This document shows positions 29,254 through 40,398 of a stretch of DNA of 64,000 nt, piece after piece (positions within the stretch are counted from its first letter, which is position 1; the number at the start of each line of letters is the position of its first letter). The notes under the pieces are model-generated. The model made no database searches. It saw nothing but the letters and a program-made list of their open reading frames with translations, and was not told the DNA's origin. A program made the position numbers and the translations under genes. The DNA is from Yuukianura sp. NJ FZ-2021 (Eukaryota): positions 6,634,001 through 6,698,000 of the forward strand of contig CM102284.1 in the NCBI GenBank assembly GCA_046563655.1, written 5' to 3'.

Positions 29254-31759
29254 ATGGCTAGCGACAGTAGCGCTTCTGGTGATTTAGAGAATTTGCCAAA
29301 GGATCGAAAGGTCAAGAGGTCACGCAAGAGAAGAAGTCGAGGTCACCAGAGTGAAAGTGATCAGGAGAAAGCGCCAATCCTTTCACTACATCACATTTCC
29401 TTCAGTTTAGAAGATTATGAAATTCTTCCCGGGGAATCGGCGCGAACTCCGGGTTTAGCCGGACATGAACTCCTCTTTCCAAATTTTTGTGAACCGAGGT
29501 CACTTGAGGTCAAATCTAACATTACAGGGTCATCCGGAGCCGATTCTGGGTTGAAGATGGATGAATCCTTAGACGAATCGAGAAATTATACAAGACGACA
29601 GTGGATGATTTTAATTGTGTACTCATTTACTGAATTCTGTTCAGGAACTATCATTAGCCTTCAGGTAACCTTTAATTCTTAAACTATTTAACACAAATTT
29701 ATAAATTAATTTAAATATTTGTATTAATTAATAACTTTTTAACGCTTTTTCAACCAAGTCACCTTTCTATCCTGCGGAGGCTGAGAAAAAAGGGCTTTCA
29801 GCAAGTGAATATGGAGCTGTCTTTGGAGTTTTTGAATTTATTGTGTTTTTAGCTTCTTTCGTTTACGGGAAATACGTAAGAACAGCCAATTTTAATTGAT
29901 TTTTAGTTAATTAAGTTAGTTAATTAATTAATCTTCCCTTTTCAGATGGGCTACGTAGGTCCAAAATTCGTATACAATTTTGGTCTCTTTGTTTCCGGGG
30001 TGTGTTGTGTTCTGTTCGGGTAGAATTTTCGAATTGTCAAATCCTAAATTTTAGAAAAAGAACAATTTTCGAAATATGGCAAATTGCAATTTTCAGGTTG
30101 CTAGACCGTGTACAAGGTCGTACTTTGTTCTTTGGTTTGTCAATGGTCACAAGAATTTTTGAAGCTTTAGCTGGTAAACTTTCTCCAAAACTTTCTCTTA
30201 GATTTGGTTAATTTCAAAAAATGAAATTTTATTCTAATTGTATTTTTATTCTTTGCAATTTCAGCTGCTGGTTGCATAAGTGCTGCTTTTACGATTGTCG
30301 CTCTGGAGTTTCCAAAAACAGTGGCTACATCATTTGCTACAATGGAAACATGCTTTGCAGTTGGCCTCACATGTGGACCTATCATTGGTGGAGTTTTATT
30401 TGAGGTTAGTTAAGAATGATTTAATTACTAAGTTAACTAAAGTTAATTTTAACTCTGATTTCATCAATTTTGATTGAAGCTTGGCGGATATCCATTGCCA
30501 TTTTTCTCCCTCGGAATTTTGCTGGCTTTGGTTTCCATTTTTACTTACTTCGTCCTTCCACCTCTACTGGATGAAAATGATGGAGTAGATGACTCCAAAG
30601 GCTTATTGCAACTTTTAAAAATTCCGGAAGTAATGGTCGTTGCACTTGTAATTTTTTCAACTGCACTAAGCATTGGTCACTTGGTAGCTACACTTGAACC
30701 ACACATTCGAATGGTAACCAAAATTACGAATTTTAAAGAAAGAAGAAGAGAATTTGAAGGTCTTTGGAGATTTTTAGTCAAAAATTTTACACGTTTTTTT
30801 CTTCAGTTTAACCTTAGCTCCATAGGTGTTGGACTTGTCATTGTAATTGATGGAGCAGTTTACGCAATTTTGACCCCTGTGTGGTAAATATTTTCAAAAA
30901 CTAAAATTTTGACTAAAAAAGTTTTAGTTGCATGCACGTACGACTTTCGAAATTTTAGGGGAACACTCTGTGACAAACTGCCACGGTTGGATGTGTACAT
31001 GCTCGTTGGTTGCATCCTGATCATTGCTGGTTTTCTCCTGGTCGGTCCAGCCCCATTTCTGCCCATGGACACGTAAGAAACAAAGGCTTGACCTTTGACA
31101 TTTCAAAATTGAATTTTTAAAAACATGGCATTTTTCAAAACAGGATTCTATGGGTAACTTGTGTGGGATTGGCAGTTGAAGGTGTTGGACTTGGAGGATG
31201 CCTTGTGTCTTCCTTCATTCAATTGCTTACCAGTGCAAAGTAATTTCTACAACTCTTAAAATTTCAAAATTTCATTTCGAAAATTTGCTATCATTCTGGT
31301 TGACTTGCTTTTAGTGCTCATGGATTTCCTGACAACGTGTCTACATACGGTATGGTCAGTGGAATTTGGGCATCTTTGTTTTCATTAGGAAACTTCGTTG
31401 GTCCAACGCTTGCAGGCGTAAGAGATTCAATTTCAGAAGTCAATTTGACAAAATTCAATTTCAAAAGACAATTTGAATTCTAATTTTTGAACCAATTTCA
31501 GGTTTTGTATGACACTGTTGGATTTCGAAATGGAACTATGGTTGTAGTAGGTCTTGAAGTTATAGTAGTAAGTTCTAAACGAACAAATTAATCTTTAAAT
31601 AACAGAGCATCACCAAATTTTTAATTACTAAAACCCAATTAACAGGTTATTGCCATTGTGTGGATGATGTGTTTTGGAAAGAAACCTAAACCTGGCACGA
31701 AAAGAAGGCTCAGCGAATTTACCGAGAGCGATGCACTTCTCGGCAGCACCAAAGCTTGA
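29254..31759 (+). CDS. SLC18B1: SLC18B1-like MFS transporter, paralog F
   Basis: YTRRQWMILIVY...SLQ|SPFYPAEAEKKG, LEFPKTVA, TLEPHIRM and HGFPDNVSTYGMVSGIW; stop TGA at 31757-31759. Confidence 0.87.
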
Positions 31760-31883
31760 TTCACTTTTAGCTTTATTAATTGTTAAAAAAGTGTAAAAGA
31801 CTGAATAAATAGGGTGGTAATGTGTTTCACCTAAACGTTTACTAATACGCCATGTAAAGAATGATTTAACTCCGAAAACGAAA

Positions 31884-32270
31884 CAGTGAGTGTCGGTTGC
31901 TAAAAAGTCACAGTGTGATTTGTGTTGATTTTTGCGTGTCGTGCAGACTGCTATCCAAAAAGTGGACCCTCGATTTTGGCCGGATGCTATGCGGATATTA
32001 TGCGAATCAAAAAGGTTCCCGCCTTTTTTCAACTTTTTTTGTGACGTCACTTACGCTGACTTTGTGACGTCACTTATCTTATCTCGCATTCCCTTACGGC
32101 ATTCCCTTCTGCGTTCCATGCAGAGAAGAATAATTTGTTTATTCGGCGTTTGGCTTTAGCAATAAAAATTTAAGTTTTGAAAATTAAAAAAAAATGTTAA
32201 CCGTTAAATGTTAAACTGAAGTAATAATTTGAAAACTATTATTGTTTAAATTATTCAATACAGTTAATTT
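31884..32270 (+). mobile_element. Dispersed repeat family, copy 3 (long form)
   Basis: Starts cagtgagtgtcggttgct, has gtgacgtcac at about 32041 and 32064, and shares an AT-rich 3' extension with copies 4 and 5. Confidence 0.85.
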
Positions 32271-32616
32271 TTAACAATAATAGTGTAGTGAATTCACTTT
32301 CAGTTTTAGTGTTGAAAAATTGCACAAGACTGAATGAATAGAATGTGCTAAATGTGTTTTTGCCTAAGGACTCAACTTCAGTTCACTTTTAATCTTTAAT
32401 CCGTCTTAAGTGAAACGCGTTCGAGCAACGTTCTTGCGTTTGCAATTTTTAAGTTTTTTCCTGAGTGCTGCAAAACGTTTTAAAACGCATGGACGTATGA
32501 GCAACGTTTTAAATTTGCAATTGAATTGGAGATATTTCTATTTAGACTTCAGATGTGTTCGGGCCTTATACAATTGATACTGAAGTGCTTTGGCATGATA
32601 ACTTTTGTAATCTGTC

Positions 32617-33477
32617 CATAGATGGGAGTCCTCACTGTCCTCTTTGAGGAATCCTCAAAGAGGACAGTTTTTTTGAAAAAATTGAAGTTTGAGGAATTGA
32701 GGACTGAAACTTGAAAGAGGATTGAGGAATGAGTTTTTGAGGACTGATAATTCAGTGAGGATTGAGGAAAGAGTATTTGAGGACTGAAAGTTAGATGAGG
32801 AATGAGTTTTGAAGATTTGAGGACTAAGTTGACCGTGAAGATTGAGGAAAAGATGAGTACTCTTTTTTATTTACCTCCGCCACTCCGACGTGAGACTTTA
32901 AAATGTGGAAATGTACAGGAAAACAACAACCGCGGTTGTTTCAAATTCATTTGAAATTTTGTTTTGCGTACTTTTTACATACTTTGCGTACTTTAGCAAG
33001 ATCTAGACGGTCTCAAATTACAATTGAATTGTTGGAAAACGTATAATGGTTCATCAGTATTTCCTAAACCCGACTGCTAATTTACAACCGCGTTTGTCTT
33101 TGAAAGTTAATGCTTGTGCTGACATTATTATCGTAGTTGAATAGATTAGTGTAGATCAAGAGTTAAACACTAACTAAATACTGCATGACTTAACTCTAGT
33201 ATATAACCAAACTATTGCACTTTTACATCTTTACACTGCAATCCCAGTGAGATTCCGGGAAATGTAAGGTGAGGATTGAGGAAAGAGTTTTTGAGGACTG
33301 AAATTCAGCTGAGGATTGAGGTTTGAATATTTGAGGACTGATTTTTCAAAGAGGATTGAGGAATGAGTTTTTGAGGACTGAAATCCAGTTGAGGATTGAG
33401 GAAAGAGGATTTGAGGATTGAAATTTCGTTGAGGATTGAGGAATTGAGGAGTTACTCATTGAGGATTCCCATCTATG
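32617..33477. mobile_element. Non-autonomous TIR element (MITE) with 8-bp TSD and P-superfamily-like CATAG termini
   Basis: TIRs are catagatgggagtcctcactg and the reverse complement of cattgaggattcccatctatg. TSD aatctgtc lies at 32609-32616 and 33478-33485. Subterminal gaggattgagg/gaggactga arrays; no transposase ORF. Confidence 0.9.
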
Positions 33478-33630
33478 AATCTGTCACTTGTCATGTTCTT
33501 TGAGTCCCACTTTTAATCTTAGTTTGGGCTTAACTGTGTAAGAGTGAGGTTCGCTCTTGAGTTTTTGGAAGTTATTTGTGTTTTGCAACGGGATTTTGAA
33601 CAGAAATAGAATTTCAAAACAGATTTTGAA

Positions 33631-36531
33631 ATGGATACTGATAGCAGCGGTTCTGGAAATTCAGTGAACTCTGCAAAAGACCGAAAGGTCAAGAGGTCAC
33701 GGCGGAGAAAAAGTGGATACAGTGGGAGTGATCCAGAAAAAGCTCAAATACTCCCACCACAACACATTTTGTTCAGTTTAGAAGATTATGAAATTCTTCC
33801 AGGAGAATCAGCGGGAACTTCTGTTTTAACAGGACATGACGCCCTCCTCATTCCAAATTTTGTTGAACCGAGGTCAAGCGAGGTCAAATTGGACAATCCT
33901 GGAGCCGATTCTGGGTCAAATGTTAACCAACCCGAAGTGGGGTACACGAGACGACAGTGGATGATTTTACTGGTCTACTCATTTACTGAATTCTGTTCTG
34001 GAACTATCGTCAGTCTTCAGGTAATTTGTTAACTTTAATTAAACTACTTAATTTTAATTAACTTTGGTAATTTTTGTGCTAATACTAAATGTTTCATTTT
34101 AAAAGGCACCGTTCTATCCTGCAGAGGCTGAGAGAAAAGGGCTCACTGCTAGTGAATATGGAGCAGTCTTTGGAGTTTTTGAAGTCACTATTTTTCTAGC
34201 ATCATTCGTTTATGGAAAATATGTACGAAAATTTTTAATTAATTAGTAACATATATTTAATTTAAAGTTTTAAACTAACTGCACTTTTTTGTTTGAAAAG
34301 ATGAGCTATGTAGGTCCAAAATTTGTGTACAACTTTGGTCTCTTTGTCGTTGGCGTGTGTTGTGTAATGTTCGGGTAAATTTCACACAAGATCGAATCGA
34401 AATTGCAAAATTTCAATAACAATTTTTCAATTTTTGTTAAATTTGAAGGTTTCTGGACCGTGTCGAAGACCGTACATTGTTTTTTGCGTTATCAATGATC
34501 ACAAGAATATTTGCAGCAATGGGCGGTATATTGCAAACCAATTCTTCCCCAATTTTTCGGTTTTACAATTTGTGATTTTGAAATTTTGGACTTTTACGAA
34601 TTACAGATGCCGGTTGCGTAAATGCTGCGTTTACGATTGTTGCTCTCGAGTTTCCAAAAACAGTGGCTACAACTTTTGCAACAATGGAGACAATGTTTGC
34701 AGTTGGATTCACCGCTGGACCTATCATTGGTGGAGCTTTGTTTGAGGTGTGCAAACTTATGAAATAATTTTATACTTTTATTAATTTTTAATGTATTTTG
34801 GATGTAGCTTGGTGGATTTCCATTGCCGTTCTTTTCCTGTGGAACTCTGCTAGTTTTGCTCTCAATTTTTACTTTTCTTGTCCTTCCAACTCCAATTGAC
34901 AGAAACCAAGATTCGAAAAACTCCAAAGGCCTAATCCAACTTTTGCAAATTCCGGAAGTCATGATCGTTGCAATTGTCATTTTTACAACTGCGCTAAGCA
35001 TCGGTCACTTGGCCTCAACGCTTGAGCCACACATTCGAATGGTATTGCAGAAAAAATCGCTGATTTTTTTGTTTTTAAAATTTGGCTTCAGAACTACTGA
35101 TGTGGTGTGTTTTCAAATTTCAGTTTGGCCTAAGTTCTGTAGGCGTTGGAGTCATCATGGTAATGAATGGAGGAACGTATGCACTTTTGGCTCCTGTGTG
35201 GTAAAGCACAAAACGAAATTCACTCTTTCGAAATTTTGAAATTGAATTTGGAATAACAGGGGGAGACTATGTGACAAATTCCCGAGGTTGGATGTGTACA
35301 TGCTCATTGGTTGTATCTTTTTAATTATTGCGTTTCTTCTGGTTGGCCCAGCTCCATTTATGCCCTTTGACACGTAAGAGCTTTGATTTACTGTTAATTT
35401 TGATTTTTAACAGCCACGTAAAGAATAATTCAGAGTTGGACGACTGTGAGTGTCGGTTGCTAAAAAGTCACAGCGTGATTTGTGTTGATTTTTTGAGTGT
35501 CGTGCTCGTGCAGACTGCTATTGAAAAAGTTGATTCTCAATTTTGGCCGGGCGCTATGCGGAGATTATACGGAACAAAAAGGCTCCCGTTTTTTTTTCAA
35601 TTTTTGTGACGGCACGTTAAGTTTATGACGTCAATCTCGCATTCCCACACTTCGGCATTCCCATTTGCTTTACCAAAGAAGAAAATAATTATTTTTTATG
35701 TGGCGTCTAGTTGTAGCAATAGCAATTTCAGTTTCGAATTTTTTTTTTGAGTTTTGGAATTTATGAAAACTGAATTAATTTGAAAACTGTGTTTGCTTAA
35801 ATTATTAATTTTTGCAGGTAACACTGTAGTTAATTAGTAATTCATTACAGTTTGAATTAAGACAAAAATTAATATAATATCGTTAAACATTCCTCATTTT
35901 TTCAAGGATTCTGTGGGTGACATGCGTTGGATTGGTGTGTCAGGGAGTTGGCCTTGGAGGATGCCTCGTGTCTTCCTTCATACAGTGTCTTACCAGCGCA
36001 AAGTAATTTCTACAACTAAAAATTTTGCAAATTTTTGAAAATTGTTAGCATTTTGGTTAACTTTTGCCTAGTGCTCATGGATTTCCAGACAACGTATCCA
36101 CCTATAGTATGGTTAGTGGACTCTGGGCATCTTTGTTCTCATTAGGAGCATTCATTGGGCCAACGCTTTCTGGCGTAAGAGATTCAATTTGAACTAAATC
36201 GAAACAATTATTTGAATTTTCAAAAATTAGTTTAAATTTTGTGAAAATCCACTGAATCCAGGTATTGTATGACACTATCGGATTTCGAAACGGAACTCTA
36301 GTTGTCGTTGGCATTGAAAGTCTAGTTGTGAGTTTTCAACTAACTTACTTCAATTTTTAGTACACTGAAATCTCATTTTCACGACTAATTGTTCAATCAC
36401 TGAAAATCAATTAACAGGCAATTGCGATTGTGTGCATGATGTGTTTTGGCAGCAAACCTAAGCCTGGCAGTAGAAGAAGACTCAGCGAATTTACGGAGAG
36501 CGATTCACTTCTTGACAACGCAAGATCCTGA
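33631..36531 (+). CDS. SLC18B1: SLC18B1-like MFS transporter, paralog G
   Basis: Exon-by-exon paralog of F (GYTRRQWMILLVYSFTEFCSG...; FGSKPKPGSRRRLSEFTESDSLL); stop TGA at 36529-36531. Confidence 0.87.
35444..35821 (+). mobile_element. Dispersed repeat family, copy 4 (intronic in paralog G)
   Basis: ctgtgagtgtcggttgctaaaaagtcacagcgtgatttgtgttg...; a more diverged copy. Confidence 0.8.
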
Positions 36532-36753
36532 TTCACTTTCAGTTTTAGTGTATAAAATTGACACAAGACTGAATAAAATAGAATGTTTTTCTAAAATAGA
36601 CTTTTACAGTTTTTATTTTTCACCTTTTTTGTGTTTGTTTCCATAGAAACAGCACCGTGTTCAGGTTTCTTTTTAATAACATGCTTCTACTGACAGTAAA
36701 AAACACTTCAGGGTTTCATGGAAGGAACTGTACTCTGCAGATGAAAATTGAAA

Positions 36754-39700
36754 ATGAGCAGTGACAAAGATTTGGAAAATTTAGCAAGCACTACAACGGA
36801 AGATGTCAAGAGGTCACAAGATCAGGAAGGCGGAAATGATATACAAAAGGGAAGGAAACAAATTACTTTCAATTTAGAACGTGATGTGGAAAATTCAACG
36901 GTTGAAGAAACTGGGTCAGACGAGTTCAAAATTTTGTGGGACGATGCAGGATCGGACGTACATGACCCCGACGCGGGGCCACCGAAATATACTAAACGCC
37001 AACTCCTCATTTTTCTAGTTTACTCATTTACGGAGTTCGCTACTGGAGCTATCGTCAGTCTCCAAGTAATTTCCGAAATTTTGGAAATCATATCTTTCAA
37101 AAAGAATTTTTGAAACTGAATTTATGCGTTTTTTTCACAGGCCCCATTTTATCCTGCAGAGGCTGAGAAAAAAGGACTGAAAGCAAGTGAATATGGAGCT
37201 GTTTTTGGAGCTTTTGAATTTACTGTGTTTGTATCTTCATTCGTTTTTGGCAAATACGTAATACCGTGACACTAATCGATTTAAAACCCGAATCGGTTGA
37301 AATTTAAATTTACTTCTTCTTTCTGAAATTGCAGATGAGCCATGTGGGGCCGAAACTGTTTTTCAGTCTCGGTCTTTTTGTTGCCGGAGTCTGTTGCATT
37401 TTGTTTGGGTAAATCCCTCTTTGGAATTTAAATTCAAATTCAAAATTTCAAAAAACCAAAAGTTTAGTTAGGTTTGAAACTTTGGTTTTCTCGTTTTTCA
37501 GTCTATTAAATCGTGTAGAAGGACGCACACTTTTCTTTGCTCTGTCTATGATCACCAGGATTTGTGAAGGATTAGCAAGTGAGAACTTAACACTTAATTT
37601 CTGCACTACTTACTTTTAAGTCCTGCAACAAGAATTCATAATTTCAAAAATTTCATTTCCAAAATATTTTTCATATTTCCAGCTGCAGCGTGCTTAAATG
37701 CTGCGTTCACCATTATTGCATTGGAATTTCCGAAATCTGTAGCCACGACGTTTGCTACAATGGAGACGCTGTTTGCCGTTGGACTCACTTGTGGACCTAT
37801 TATTGGCGGACCTCTATTTCAGGTGTGTGTGTGTGATTTTTATAATAACTTTACATGATGTAAATTTTTTAATTAACTTTACAAATTTTCAGTTAATTTT
37901 AGTTTTTCTGTTGTTACAGTTCGGTGGATTTTCAGTGCCATTCTTCTCCTTCGGAAGCCTACTCGTCTTGGTTTCAATTTTTACGTACATCGTCCTTCCA
38001 ACTCCGATCGATACAAATGCAGACGTAGAAGATCCAAAAGGTTTGCTGCAACTTTTAAGAATTCCGGAAGTCATGTTGTCTGGACTGGTAATTGTTTCAA
38101 CTGCACTGAGCATCGGTCACTTGGAAGCTACACTTGAACCACACATTCGAAAGGTAAGTACTAGTAGAAAACGTTTCTTTTTGAGAAAAAGTTTTGAGGT
38201 CAAGGCCATTCGTTTCAGTTTGACCTCAGTTCTGTATCGGTGGGATTCATCATTGTGATTTCTGGCGGAATGTATGCAATTTCAGCTCCCTTGTGGTAAA
38301 GCAAAATCTACTGATCTTCTACAACAACTTTTAAGCAAGTCTAAACCGAATTTTAAAAAGACGAATTCAAATTTTAGGGGAAAATTGTGTGACAGAATCC
38401 CTCGACTGAATCTGTACATGCTCATTGGTTGCATTTTCATAATATTCGGATATGTCCTCATTGGTCCAGTGCAATTCCTACCATTTAACACGTAAGAACA
38501 GGCTGACCTTTGACATTTTGACATGTAGAATTTACGTGTAATACAATCTGTCCAGTAGTTTGAAGTAGTTTTGCTAGTACGCCACTTATAGGCTATTTTA
38601 ATTCAGAACAGTACAACAGTAAGTGTCGGTTCCTACAAAGTCACAGTGTGATTTGTGTTGATTTTTGCGTGTCGTGCAGACTGCTATCCAAAAAGTTGAA
38701 CCCTCGATTTTGGCCGGATTCTATGCGGAGATTATGCGGGACAAAAAGGTTCACGCCTCAACTTTTTTCTGTGACGTCACTCACTCTGCGTTTGTGACGT
38801 CACTGAACTTGCATTCAAATAATTTATTTTTACATGGCGTCTCACTGCAGCAATACAAATTTCGGTTTTGAAAATTATTTTTTTCGAGTTTTGGAAATTC
38901 GAAAAACTGAATTAATTTGAAAATTAGGTTTCTTATGTCACTAAATTGCAGGTAATTTTGCGTATATTAACTTAAATTAATTAAGGTCCGATAGTACTGC
39001 CATATCTTGAATTAGAACAAAAATAATTTAATTATTATTTATTTGGTTATTAATTATTAATGTAACAGTATGCTTAACATTTCTTGTTTTTTAATAGTAT
39101 TCTGTGGGTGACATGCGTTGGATTGGTGCTTCAGGGGATTGGACTTGGAGGATGCCTCGTGTCATCGTTCATCCAATGTCTCACAAGTGCCAAGTAACAA
39201 TCAATCTTAAAATTTCATTTTAAAAAACACAATTTTGTTCACAAAAAATGTCTAATTTCTCATCTAAATCTAAAACAAGTGTGCTAAATTTTGTGTTAAA
39301 AAGTGCTCATGGATTTCCTGACAATGTTTCCACCTACGGTATGGTTAGTGGACTCTGGGCGTCGTTGTTTTCCTTAGGAAATTTCTTTGGCCCAACTCTC
39401 GCTGGCGTAAGATGCCAAAATTAATTCCTCAAAATCAAATTTTTGATGAATTTGACATTCAATTTTTCAATTGTTCCAGGTACTTTATGATTCTGTTGGA
39501 TTTCGGAGCGGGACTCTATTTGTTATTGCGCTTGAAGTTGTTGATGTAAGATGCAAAAGCAAAATTGAAGATTTTTAAAAGATGGTGCATTAAATTGAAA
39601 GTGTTAATTACAGATAATTGCACTTGGATCAATGCTTGTTTTTGGCAAGAAACCGAAACGTGGAGCTAGAAGAAGACTCACAGAATTTACAGAAAGTGAT

Positions 39701-39760
39701 CCACTAGTACATAGGCGTAGTACAGTCATAGCTTATGATGAAATTCCTCATTTAGAGTAA
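36754..39760 (+). CDS. SLC18B1: SLC18B1-like MFS transporter, paralog H
   Basis: KYTKRQLLIFLVYSFTEFATG...SLQ|APFYPAEAEKKG with the same exon structure as F and G; stop TAA at 39758-39760. Confidence 0.87.
38617..38955 (+). mobile_element. Dispersed repeat family, copy 5 (intronic in paralog H)
   Basis: cagtaagtgtcggttcctacaaagtcacagtgtgatttgtgttg... with two gtgacgtcac; lies in the same homologous intron as copy 4. Confidence 0.82.
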
Positions 39761-39999
39761 TTAGTATTACAAATCAATTCAAAATTTCATAAGGCTGAAT
39801 TAAAAATTCAACAGTTTTGTCCCAAATTGACTAATTTTCAATTTCCATTCATAAAACAAAAAGTTTACGCGAATTTCATAATTTTAAATTTGCACATAAT
39901 GACAAAAAATCTGCAATCACATTATTTATTCCTGAAGAATGAATTTCTAATAAATTTTATGAGTTGAGGTGTTTCTTAAATCCAATTTTAGTTTTCAAA

Positions 40000-40398
40000 A
40001 TGCTTGTCAAGTATCAACAAGCTACTGGTGTGACTTTGCTGCTCTTTTTGTTGTTGCAAAGTTTTTGCAACGTTTCTGCAAAGACAATGGACCAAAACAG
40101 AACACTCGTCCGCCATGGCACTTTTGAGCAGAACGCATTGAACTTGGATCATGCAAAACCGAGACATGTAATTTTGAAATTCGAAATAAAATTTTTTTAA
40201 TACGTTTCAAAAAATGTTCACAGCAATATGAAAATTTTTGTTTTGCAGAAGCGCAGTTCTGATCCGGAAAAGAAAGCTTGGTTTCGTGGAAAGCTGATTG
40301 AATTTAAGAGAAAGCTGAGGAAGAAAATTTACTACACTGAAAAATGTCTTGTAAGGGAGGAAGATTATATTCACAGATGCATCAAGCATATGCTGTAA
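40000..40398 (+). CDS. Small secreted prepropeptide (105 aa, 2 exons): signal peptide, propeptide, RHKR site and a 47-aa cationic peptide
   Basis: Exon 1 at 40000-40167 (MLVKYQQATGVTLLLFLLLQSFCNVSA...KPRH) and exon 2 at 40249-40398 (KRSSDPEKK...CIKHML*), joined by a phase-0 GT-AG intron; AATAAA at about 40462. Confidence 0.72.
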
